A stretch of DNA of 64,000 bases from assembly GCA_964016885.1 (NCBI GenBank), contig OZ024741.1, positions 261,454,001 to 261,518,000 of the forward strand. The letters are read 5' to 3'. The DNA is from Eledone cirrhosa (Eukaryota). The position numbers were made by a program, and so were the translations under genes. How positions within the stretch are numbered: position 1 is the stretch's first letter; each line of letters opens with the position of its first letter. Below are positions 52,929-64,000 of this stretch, piece by piece. Under the pieces are notes generated by a model. It had not been told where the DNA came from. It did no database searches and saw only the letters and a list, made by a program, of their open reading frames with translations.

Positions 52929-53646
52929 TATATAAACGTTTCTATTTCCATCGTTTTATCGTAAACGTTTATATATTTCCATCGTTATATCAACGTTTAT
53001 ATTTCCGTCACTAATCTCTTTTTCTCCTTTTCCGTTTTAATATATATTTATTTTAAAGATTTCACCGTATAGATAACATATATATTTATACATGCAGAGA
53101 CGGTGAAAATGTGGTGCCAAAAACATTTCTCATCCAAATCTCAACAATATCAGTATATACACTAGATTTGCTAGCAGAAAACCGCCCACCGGGTGGTTTT
53201 CTGCTATTCTATATATATAAAACTGAGGATGTCTGTCTGTGTGTGAGTTTGAATCCCTAAAACTCGAGAACCACCCAACCGACTGTTTTCAAACTTTACA
53301 CATGTAATAATTATGTTTCAGGGAGTGTTCTGAGCAAAGAATATTTCAAATTTTCAATGCCGTAGGGACCACATTAGGCGATTTAGCGATCTCTCTCTAT
53401 AATTCTTAGTCTTTCTCTTTTTAGATAGATACATACATATAACGTCGTGCCCTTATAATATCTGTCTGTATGTCTGGCTGTCTGCATTACGTCACTTCCC
53501 TGAGGATGTCTGTGTGTGTGTGTGTCTGTGAGTTTGAATCCCTAAAATGCGAGAAGTACCCAACCGATTTTTTTCAAACTTTACATGTGTATTACTTATG
53601 TTTCAGGGAGTGTTTGTTATGCACATAAAATTCAACCTTTTGATCT
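52929..53646. repeat. Island B copy 12 (718 bp)
   Basis: Apparently identical to copy 11, offset 14180. Confidence 0.95.
53162..53429 (-). mobile_element. Helitron-like element, 268 bp, CTAG intact
   Basis: Homologous to 1880-2147. Confidence 0.72.
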
Positions 53647-56600
53647 GGTGTTTTGACTTACGAGTGTTTCGATACGAGTGTTTCGACTTACGAGTGTTCT
53701 GACTTACGAGTGTTCTGACTTACGAGCGTTCTGACTTACGAGTGTTCCGACTTACGAGTGTTTCGGCTTACGAGTGTTTCGACTTACGAGTGTTCTGACT
53801 TACGAGTGTTTCGACTTACGAGAGTTCCGACTTACGAGTGTTTCGGCTTACGAGTGTTCCGACTTACGAGTGTTTCGACTTACGAGTGTTTCGGCTTACG
53901 AGTGTTTCGACTTACGAGTGTTCTGACTTACGAGTGTTCCGACTTACGAGCGTTCCGACTTACGAGTGTTTCGACTTACGAGTGTTAAGACTTACGGGTG
54001 TTTTGACATACGAGTGTTTCGATACGAGTGTTTCGACTTACGAGTGTTACGAGTGTTCTGACTTACGAGTGTTTCGACTTACGAGTGTTCTGACCTACGA
54101 GTGTTCTGACTTACGAGGTTTCGATACGAGTGTTTTGACTTACGGGTGTTTCGACTTACGAGTGTTTCGACTTACGAGTGTTTCGAGTTACGAGTGTTTC
54201 GACTTACGAGTGTTTTGACTTACGAATGTTCTGACTTACGGGTGTTTCGGCTTACGAGTGTTTCGACTTACGAGTGTTTTAACTTACGGGTGTTTCGACT
54301 TACACGTGTTTCGACTTGCGAGTGTTTTGACTTACGAGTATTTCGACTTACGAGTGTTTCGACTTACGAGTGTTCTGACTTACGGGTGTTCCGACTTACG
54401 AGTGTTTCGGCTTACGATTATTTTGACTTACGATTGTTTGGCTTACGAATGTTTCGACTTACGAGTGTTTCGAGTTACGAGTGTTTTGACTTACGGTGTT
54501 TTGACTTACGGGTGTTTCGGCTTACGAGTGTTTCGACTTACGAGTCTTTCGGCTTACGAGTGTTTCGACTTACTAATGTTTTTACTTACGAGTGTTTCGG
54601 CGTACGAGTGTTTCGACTTACGAGTGTTTCGACTAACGGGTGTTTTGACTTACGGGTGTTTCGGCTTACGATGTTTTGACTTACGAGTGTTTTGACTTAA
54701 GGGTGTTTCGACTTACGAGTATTTTTGGCTTACGAGTGTTTCGACTTACGAGTGTTCTGACTTACGAGTGTTCTGACTTACGAGTGTTCCGACTTACGAG
54801 TGTTTCGACTTACGAGTGTTTTGGCTTACGAGTGTTTTGACTTAAGGGTGTTTCGACTTACGAGTGTTTCGATACGAGTGTTTCGACTTACGAGTGTTTC
54901 GGCTTACGAGTGTTTCGACTTACGAGTGTTTCGACTTACGAGTGTTCTGATTTACGGATGTTTCGACATACGAGCGTTTCGACTTACGAGTGTTTCGACT
55001 TACGAGTGTTCTGACTTACGAGTGTTCTGACTTACGAGTGTTCTGACTTACGAGTGTTCTGACTTACGAGTGTTCCGACTTACGAGTGTTCCGACTTACG
55101 AGTGTTTCGGCTTACGAGTGTTTCGGCTTACGAGTGTTTCGACTTACGAGTGTTTCGACTTACGAGTGTTCCGACTTACGGGTGTTTCGACTTACGAGTG
55201 TTTTGGCTTACGGTGTTTCGGCTTACGAGTGTTTCGACTTACGATTGTTTTGACTTACGGGTGTTTTGACATACGAGTGTTTCGATACGAGTGCTCTGAC
55301 TTACGAGTGTTCTGACTTACGAGTGTTCTGATTTACGAGTGTCCTGACTTACGGGTGTTCTGACTTACGAGTGTACCGACTTACGAGTGTTTCGGCTAAT
55401 GAGTGTTTCGACTTACGGGCGTTTCGACTTACGGGTGTTTCGACTTACGAGTGTTTTGACTTACGAGTGTTCTGACTTACCAGTGTTCTGACTTACGAGT
55501 GTTCCGACTTACGACTGTTTCGACTTACGAGTGTTTTGACTTACGAGTGTTCCGACTTACGAGTGTTTCGGCATACGGGTGTTTCGACGTACGAGTATTT
55601 TTGGCTTACGAGTGTTTCGACTTACGAGTGTTTTGAATTACGATTGTTTCGGCTTACGAGTGTTTCGACTTACGAGTATTTCGACTTACGAGTGTTTTGA
55701 CTTACGGGTGTTTTGACATACGAGTGTTTCGATACGAGTGCTCTGACTTACGAGTGTTCTGACTTACGAGTGTTCTCACTTACGAGTGTTCTGACTTACG
55801 GGTGTTCTGACTTACGTGTATTCCGACTTACGAGTGTTTCGGCTATGGGTGTTTCGACTTACGAGTGTTTCGACTTACGAATGTTTTGGCTTACGAGTGT
55901 TTCGGCTTACGAGTGTTTCGACTTACGAATGTTTTGGCTTACGAGTGTTTAGACATATTGGTGTTTCGACTTACGAGTGTTTCGACTTACGAGTGTTTTG
56001 ACTTACGGTGTTTCGGCTTACAAGTTATTCGACATACGAGTGTTTCGACTTACGGGTGTTTCGACTTACGAGTGTTTCGAGTTATGAGTGTTTCGACTTA
56101 CGAGTGTTCTGACTTACGAGTGTTCTGACTTGCGAGTGTTCCGACTTACGAGTGTTTCGGCTTACGAGTGTTTCGACATACGAGTGTTTTGACTTACGGA
56201 TGTTTCGACTTACGGGTGTTTCGACTTACGAGTGTTTCGACATACGAGTGTTCTGACTACGAGTGTTCTGACTTACGGGTGCTCTGACTTACGAGTGTTT
56301 CGACTTACGAGTGTTTCGACTTACGAGTGTTTCGACTTACGAGTGTTTCGGCTTACGAGTGTTTCGACTTACTAATGTTTTTACTTACGAGTGTTTCGGT
56401 GTACGAGTGTTTCGACTTAAGGATGTTTCGACTTACGAGTGTTTCGACTTACGAGTGTTTCGGCTTACGTGAGTTTCGACTTAAGAGTGTTCTGATTTAC
56501 GAGTGTTCTGACTTGCGGGTGTTCTGATTTACGAGTGTTCCGACTTAAGAGTGTTTCGGCTTATGAGTGTTTCGACTTACGAGTGTTTCGGCTTACGAGT

Positions 56601-58000
56601 GTTTCGACTTATGGGCGTTTCGACTTACGAGTGTTTTTAATTACGGTGTTTCGGCTTACGAGTGCTTCGACATACGAGTGTTTTGACTTACGTGTGTTTC
56701 GACTTACGAGTGTTTTGACTTACGAATGTTTTGACTTACGAGTGTTTCGGCGTACGAGAGTTTTGACTTACGAGTGTTTCTACTTACGAGTGTTTCGACT
56801 TACGAGTGTTTTGACTTACGAATGTTTTGACTTACGGGTGTTTCGGCTTACGAGTGTTTCGACTTACGAGTCTTTCGGCTTACGAGTGTTTCGACTTACT
56901 AATGTTTTTACTTACGAGTGTTTCGGCGTACGAGTGTTTCGACTTACGAGTGTTTCGGCTTACGAGTGTTTCGACTTACTAATGTTTTTACTTACGAGTG
57001 TTTCGGCGTACGAGTGTTTCGACTTACGAGTGTTTTTACTTAAGGGTGTTTCGACTTACGAGTATTTTTGGCTTACGAGTGTTTCGACTTACGAGTGTTT
57101 TGACTTACGAGTGTTCTGATTTACGGATGTTTCGACATACGAGTGTTTTGACTTACGATGTTTCGACTTACGAGTGTTTCGACTTACGAGTGTTTCGACT
57201 TAAGGGTGTTTCGACTTACGAGTGTTTCAACTTACGAGTGTTTCGGCTTACGAGTGTTTCGACTTACGAGTGTTCTGACTTACGAGTGTTCTGACTTACG
57301 AGTGTTCCGGCTTACGAGTTTTTCGACTTACGAGTGTTTCGACTTACGAGTGTTTCGACTTACGAGTGTTTCGGCTTACGAGTGGTTTGACTTACGAGTG
57401 TTCTGACTACGAGTGTTCTGACTTACGAGTGTTTCGGCTTATGAGTGTTTCGACTTACGAGTGTTTCGGTTTATGAGTGTTTCGACTTACGAGTGTTTCG
57501 GCTTACGAGTGTTTCGACTTACGAGTGTTTCGACTTACGGGTGTTTCGACTTACGAGTGTTTCGTCTACGAGTGTTTCGACTTACGAGTGTTTCGGCTTA
57601 CGAGTGTTTCGACATACGGGTGTTTCGACTTACGGTGTTTCGGCTTACGAGTGTTTCGACTTACGAGTGTTCTGACTTACGAGTGTTCTGACTTATGAGT
57701 GTTCTGACTTACGAGTGTTCCGACTTACGAGTGTTTCGGCTTACGAGTGTTTCGGCTTACGAGTGTTTCGACTTACGAGTGTTTCGACTTACTGGTGTTT
57801 TGACATACGAGTGTTTCGATACGAGTGTTTCGACTTACGAGTGTTCTGACTTACGAGTGTTCTGACTTACGAGTGTTCTGACTTACGAGTGTTCTAACTT
57901 ACGAGTGTTCTGACTTACGAGTGTTCTGACTTACGAGTGTTCCGACTTACGAGTGTTTCGGCTCACGAGTGTTTCGGCTTACGAGTGTTTCGACTTACGA

Positions 58001-58077
58001 AAATAACAAATAGACGCGGTTTCAAATCTCTATGCTTTTCAAATTCAGTACATTAATCTTTATTTATACGTTTCGCT
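58001..58077. repeat. Insert A copy 19 (orphan)
   Basis: Same allele as copy 16, offset 11089. Confidence 0.95.
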
Positions 58078-61000
58078 TTACGAGTGTTTCGACTTACGAG
58101 TGTTTCGACTTACGAGTGTTTCGGCTTACGAGTGTTTTGACTTTCGAGTGTTTTGACTTACATGTGTTTCGACTTACGCGTGTTTCGACTTACGAGTGTT
58201 TCGACTTGCGAGTGTTTCGACTACGGGTGTTTCGACTTACGAATGTTTTGACTTACGGATGTTTTGACTTACGGGTGTTTCGGCTTACGAGTGTTTCGAC
58301 TTACGAGTGTTCTGACTTACGAGTGTTCTGACTTACGAGTGTTCTGACTTACGAGTGTTCCGACTTACGAGTGTTTCGACTTAAGAGTGTTTCGGATTAC
58401 GATTGCTTCGACGTACGAGTGTTTCGACTTACGAGTGTTTCGGCTTACGAGTGTTTTGAATTACGAGTGTTCTGACTACGAGTGTTCTGACTTACGGGTG
58501 TTCTGACTTACGAGTGTTCCGACTTACGAGTGTTTCGGCTAATGAGTGTTTCGACTTACGGGCGTTTCGACTTACGGGTGTTTCGACTTAAGAGTGTTTT
58601 GACTTACGAGTGTTCTGACTTACGAGTGTTCTGACTTACGAGAGTTCCGACTTACGACTGTTTCGACTTACGAGTGTTTTGACTTACGAGTGTTCCGACT
58701 TACGAGTGTTTCGGCTTACAGGTGTTTTGACGTACGAGTATTTTTGGCTTACGAGTGTTTCTACTTACGAGTGTTTTGAATTACGATTGTTTCGGCTTAC
58801 GAGTGTTTCGACTTACGAGTATTTCGACTTACGAGTTTTTTTACTTACGGTGTTTCGGCTTACGAGTGTTTCGACTTATGAGTGTTCTGATTTACGGATG
58901 TTTCGACATACGAGTGTTTTGACTTACGGTGTTTCGACTTACGAGTGTTTCGACTTACGAGTGTTTCGACTTACGGGTGTTTCGACTTACGAGTGTTTCG
59001 ACTTACGAGTGTTTCGACTTACGGGTGTTTCGGCTTACGAGTGTTTTGACTTACGAGTGTTCTGACTTACGAGTGTTCTGACTTACGAGTGTTCCGGCTT
59101 ACGAGTTTTTCGACTTACGAGTGTTTCGACTTACGAGTGTTTCGGCTTACAAGTGTTTCGGCTTACGAGTGGTTTGACTTACGAGTGTTCTGACTACGAG
59201 TGTTCTGTCTTACGAGTGTTTCGACTTACGAGTGTTTCGGCTTATGAGTGTTTCGACTTACGAGTGTTTCGGCTTACGAGTGTTTCGACTTACGAGTGTT
59301 TCGACTTACGGGTGTTTCGACTTACGAGTGTTTCGACTTACGAGTGTTTCGACTTACGAGTGTTTCGGCTTACGAGTGTTTCGACTTATGGGTGTTTCGA
59401 CTTACGAGTGTTTTTACTTACGGTGTTTCGGCTTACGAGTGTTTCGACATACGAGTGTTTTGACTTACGGTTGTTTCGACTTACGAGTGTTTCGACTTAC
59501 GAATGTTTTGACTTACGGGTGTTTCGGCTTACGAGTGTTTCGATTTATGAGTGTTTCGGCTTACGAGTGTTTCGACTTACTAATGTTTTTACTTACGAGT
59601 GTTTCGGCGTACGAGAGTTTTGACTTACGAGTGTTTCTACTTACGAGTGTTTCGACTTACGGGTGTTTCGGCTTACGAGTGTTTCGACTTACGAGTGTTT
59701 TGACTTAAGGGTGTTTCGACTTACGAGTATTTTTGGCTTACGAGTGTTTCGACTTACGAGTGTTTTGACTTACGAGTGTTCTAATTTACGGATGTTTCGA
59801 CATACGAGTGTTTTGACTTACGAGTGTTTCGACTTACGAGTGTTTCGGCTTACGAGTGGTTTGACTTACGAGTGTTCTGACTACGAGTGTTTTGACTTAC
59901 GAGTGTTTCGGCTTATGAGTGTTTCGACTTACGAGTGTTTCGGCTTATGAGTGTTTCGACTTACGAGTGTTTCGGTTTACGAGTGTTTCGACTTACGAGT
60001 GTTTCGACTTACGGGTGTTTCGACTTACGAGTGTTTCGACTACGAGTGTTTCGACTTACGAGTGTTTCGGCTTACGAGTGTTTCGACATACGGGTGTTTC
60101 GACTTACGATGTTTCGGCTTACGAGTGTTTCGACTTACGAGTGTTCTGACTTACGAGTGTTCTGACTTATGAGTGTTCTGACTTACGAGTGTTCCGATTT
60201 ACGAGTGTTTCGGCTTACGAGTGTTTCGGCTTACGAGTGTTTCGACTTACGAGTGTTTCGACTTACGAGTGTTTCGACTTACGAGTGTTTCGACTTACGA
60301 GTGTTTTGAGATACGGTGTTTCGGCTTACGAGTGTTTCGACTTACGAGTGTTTCGACTTACGAGTGTTTTGACATACGGTGTTTCGGCTTACGAGTGTTT
60401 CGACATACGAGTGTTTTGACTTACGGGTGTTTCGACTTACGGGTGTTTCGACTTAAGAGTGTTTCGACTTACGAGCGCTTCGACTTACGAGTGTTCTGAC
60501 TTACGAGTGTTCCGACTTACGAGTGTTTCTGCTTACGAGTGTTTTGACTTACGAGTGTTTCGACTTACGAGTGTTTCGGCGTGCGAGTGTTTTGACTTAC
60601 GAGTGTTTCGACTTACGAGTGTTTCGACTTACGAGTGCTTTGACTTACGAATGTTTTGACTTACTTCGACTTACGAGTGATCTGACTTACGAGTGTTCCT
60701 ACTTACGAGTGTTTCGACTTACGAGTGTTTCGACTTGCGAGTGTTTCGACTTACGAGTGTTTCGACTTACGAGTGTTCTGACTTACGAGTGTTCTGACTT
60801 ACGAGTGTTCCGACTTACGAGTGTTTCGGCTTACGAGTGTTTCGACTTACGAGTGTTCCGGCTTACGCGTGTTTCGACTTACGAGTGTTTCGGCTTATGA
60901 GTGTTTCGACTTACGAGGGCTTCGGTTTACGAGTGTTTCGACTTACGAGTGTTCTGACTTACGAGTGTTCTGACTTACGAATGTTCCGACTTACGAGTCT

Positions 61001-64000
61001 TTCGACTTACGAATGTTTTGGCTTACGAGTGTTTCGGCTTATGAGTGTTTCGACTTACGAGTGTTTCGACATACGAGTGTTTTGACTTACGGGTGTTTCG
61101 ACTTACGGTTGTTTCGACTTAAGAGTGTTTCGACTTACGAGCGCTTCGACTTACGAGTGTTCTGACTTACGAGTGTTCCGACTTACGAGTGTTTCGGCTT
61201 ACGAGTGTTTCGACTTACGAGTGTTCCGGCTTACGCGTGTTTCGACTTACGAGTGTTTCGGCTTATGAGTGTTTCGACTTACGAGTGCTTCGGCTTACGA
61301 GTGTTTCGACTTACGAGTGTTTCGGCTTACGAGTGTTTCGACTTACGAATGTTTTGGCTTACGAGTGTTTCGGCTTACGAGTGTTTCGACTTACGGGTGT
61401 TTCGACTTACGGGTGTTCCGACTTAAGAGTGATTCGACTTACGAGCGCTTCGACTTACGAGTGTTCCGACTTACGAGTGATTCTGCTTACGAGTGTTTCG
61501 ACTTACGAATGTTTCGACTTACGAGTGTTTCGGCTTACGAGTGTTTCGACTTACTAATGTTTTTACTTACGAGTGTTTCGGCGTACGAGTGTTTCGACTT
61601 ACGAGTGTTTCGGCTTACGAGTGTTTCGACTTACGAGTGTTTTTACTTAAGAGTGTTTCGACTTACGAGTATTTTTGGCTTACGAGTGTTTCGACTTACG
61701 AGTGTTTTGACTTACGAGTGGTCTGATTTACGAATGTTTCGACATACGAGTGTTTTGACTTACGATGTTTCGACTTACGAGTGTTTCGACTTACGAGTGT
61801 TTCGACTTACGGGTGTTTCGACTTACGAGTGTTTCGACTTACGAATGTTTCGACTTACGGGTGTTTCGGCTTACGAGTGTTTCGACTTACGAGTGTTCTG
61901 ACTTACGAGTGTTCTGACTTACGAGTGTTCCGGCTTACGAGTTTTTCGACTTACGAGTGTTTCGACTTACGAGTGTTTCGACTTACGAGTGTTTCGGCTT
62001 ACGAGTGGTTTGAATTACGAGTGTTCTGACTACGAGTGTTCTGACTTACGAGTGTTTCGGCTTATGAGTGTTTCGACTTACGAGTGTTTCGGTTTATGAG
62101 TGTTTCGACTTACGAGTGTTTCGACTTACGAGTGTTTCGACTTACGGGTGTTTCGACTTACGAGTGTTTCGTCTACGAGTGTTTCGACTTACGAGTGTTT
62201 CGGCTTACGAGTATTTCGACATACGGGTGTTTCGACTTACGGTGTTTCGGCTTACGAGTGTTTCGACTTACGAGTGTTTTGACTTACGAGTGTTCTGACT
62301 TACGAGTGTTCCGACTTACGAGTGTTCCGACTTACGAGTGTTTCGGCTTACGAGTGTTTCGGCTTACGAGTGTTTCGGCTTACGAGTGTTTTGACTTACG
62401 AGTGTTCTGACTACGAGTGTTCTGACTTACGGGTGTTCTGACTTACGGTGTTCCGACTTACGAGTGTTTCGGCTAATGAGTGTTTCGACTTACGGGCGTT
62501 TCGACTTACGGGTGTTTCGAATTACGAGTGTTTTGACTTACGAGTGTTCTGACTTACGAGTGTTCCGACTTACGACTGTTTCGACTTACGAGTGTTTTGA
62601 CTTACGAGTGTTCCGAGTTACGAGTGTTTCGGCTTACGGGTGTTTCGACGTACGAGTATTTTTGGCTTACGAGTGTTTCGAGTTACGAGTGTTTTGAATT
62701 ACGATTGTTTCGGCTTACGAGTGTTTCGACTTACGAGTATTTCGACTTGCGGGTGTTTTGACATACGAGTGTTTCGATACGAGTGCTCTGACTTACGGGT
62801 GTTCTGACTTACGTGTGTTCCGACTTACGAGTGTTTCGGCTATGGGTGTTTCGACTTACGAGTGTTTCGACTTACGAATGTTTTGGCTTACGAGTGTTTC
62901 GGCTTACGAGTGTTTCGACTTACGAATGTTTTGGTTTACGAGTGTTTCGGCTTATGGGTGTTTCGACTTACGAGTGTTTCGACTTACGAGTGTTTTGACT
63001 TACGGTGTTTCGGCTTACAAGTTATTCGACATACGAGTGTTTCGACTTACGGGTGTTTCGACTTACGGGTGTTTCGACTTACGAGTGTTTCGACTTACGA
63101 GTGTTCTGACTTACGAGTGTTCTGACTTACGAGCGTTCTGACTTACGAGTGTTCTGACTTACGAGTGTTCCGTCTTACGAGTGTTCCGACTTACGAGTGT
63201 TTTGACTTACGAGTGTTCTGACTTACGAGTGTTCTGACTTACGAGTGTTCCGACTTACGAGTGTTCCGACTTACGAGTGTTTCGGCTTACGAGTGTTTCG
63301 GCTTACTAATGTTTTTACTTACGAGTGTTTCGGTGTACGAGTGTTTCGGTGTACGAGTGTTTCGACTTAAGGTTGTTTCGACTTACGATTGTTTTGACTT
63401 ACGAGTGTTTCGACTTACGAGTGTTTCGACTTAAGAGTGTTTTGGCTTACGAATGTTTTGACTTACGGGTGTTTCGACTTACGGGTGTTTCGGCTTACGA
63501 GTGTTTCGACTTACGAGTGTTTTGACTTACGAGTGTTCTGACTTACGAGTGTTCCGACTTACGAGTGTTCCGACTTACGAGTGTTTCGGCTTACGAGTGT
63601 TTCGGCTTACGAGTGTTTCGGCTTACGAGTGTTTTGACTTACGAGTGTTCTGACTACGAGTGTTCTGACTTACGGGTGTTCTGACTTACGAGTGTTCCGA
63701 CTTACGAGTGTTTCGGCTAATGAGTGTTTCGACTTACGGGCGTTTCGACTTACGGGTGTTTCGACTTACGAGTGTTTTGACTTACGAGTGTTCTGACTTA
63801 CGAGTGTTCTGACTTACGAGTGTTCCGACTTACGACTGTTTCGACTTACGAGTGTTTTGACTTACGAGTGTTCCGACTTACGATTGTTTCGGCTTACGGG
63901 TGTTTCGACGTACGAGTATTTTTGGCTTACGAGTGTTTCGACTTACGAGTGTTTTGAATTACGATTGTTTCGGCTTACGAGTGTTTCGACTTACGAGTAT

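Larger units (their letters stand above)
49681..60769 (+). repeat. Macro-repeat unit II (11,089 bp)
   Basis: Begins CGGTGTTTCGGCTTATAAGTTATTCG as at 35381; lacks the 3091-bp duplication and ~120 bp near 52430. Confidence 0.88.
1..64000 (+). repeat. 16-bp tandem satellite array, consensus GACTTACGAGTGTTTC, single orientation, running off both window ends
   Basis: The monomer is directly visible throughout. Recurrent variants include TTTCGGC, TTCTGAC, TTCCGAC, TTTTGAC, TACGGG, TATGAG and 8-15-bp shortened monomers. The array is interrupted only by inserts A and B. Confidence 0.99.

Noticed and set aside
1631-53646. Twelve independent, site-specific transposon insertions into the satellite
   Set aside because: All islands share orientation, junctions, neighbouring rare monomers and an upstream insert A, which points to one event followed by segmental amplification.
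32-63525. Protein-coding genes from the ORF track (up to 239 aa)
   Set aside because: They overlap in all three + frames with the same 16-aa repeat and are broken by 8-15-bp monomers. They are a translation of satellite DNA.
1-64000. CRISPR array or a similar repeat-spacer system
   Set aside because: Monomers are contiguous with no unique spacers, the inserts are near-identical copies of only two sequences, and there are no cas genes.
1-64000. Telomerase-synthesised long telomeric repeat (TTACGAG/TTACGGG loosely resembles TTAGGG)
   Set aside because: Kilobase higher-order duplications, heritable variant order and embedded TE islands indicate recombinational satellite evolution. The strand is not G-rich and no chromosome end is visible.

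Overview
This window contains no credible gene. About 85% of it is one uninterrupted-orientation tandem satellite with the 16-bp consensus GACTTACGAGTGTTTC, and the organisation looks eukaryotic (probably invertebrate; this is inference). Two fixed non-satellite inserts punctuate the array. Insert A is a 77-bp AT-rich sequence in 19 copies, flanked by a TTACGA direct repeat. Island B is 718-811 bp in 12 copies, each preceded by an insert A. Every island B contains a 268-bp minus-strand element with non-autonomous Helitron hallmarks: A|TC 5' end, a 16-bp-stem hairpin ending 10 nt from a CTAG|T 3' end, and an empty site that restores a (TACA)n run. That element carries an inverted Helitron-like 5' module, and a diverged copy of the module runs directly into the satellite. 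The array is hierarchical: 16-bp monomers, ordered variant blocks, ~3-kb island units, ~6-kb units and an ~11-kb macro-duplication. Diagnostic alleles show a central homogenised layer and recombination between islands. All supplied ORFs are artefacts of a monomer that is stop-free on the + strand. Coordinates were counted by hand, and large duplication boundaries are approximate.
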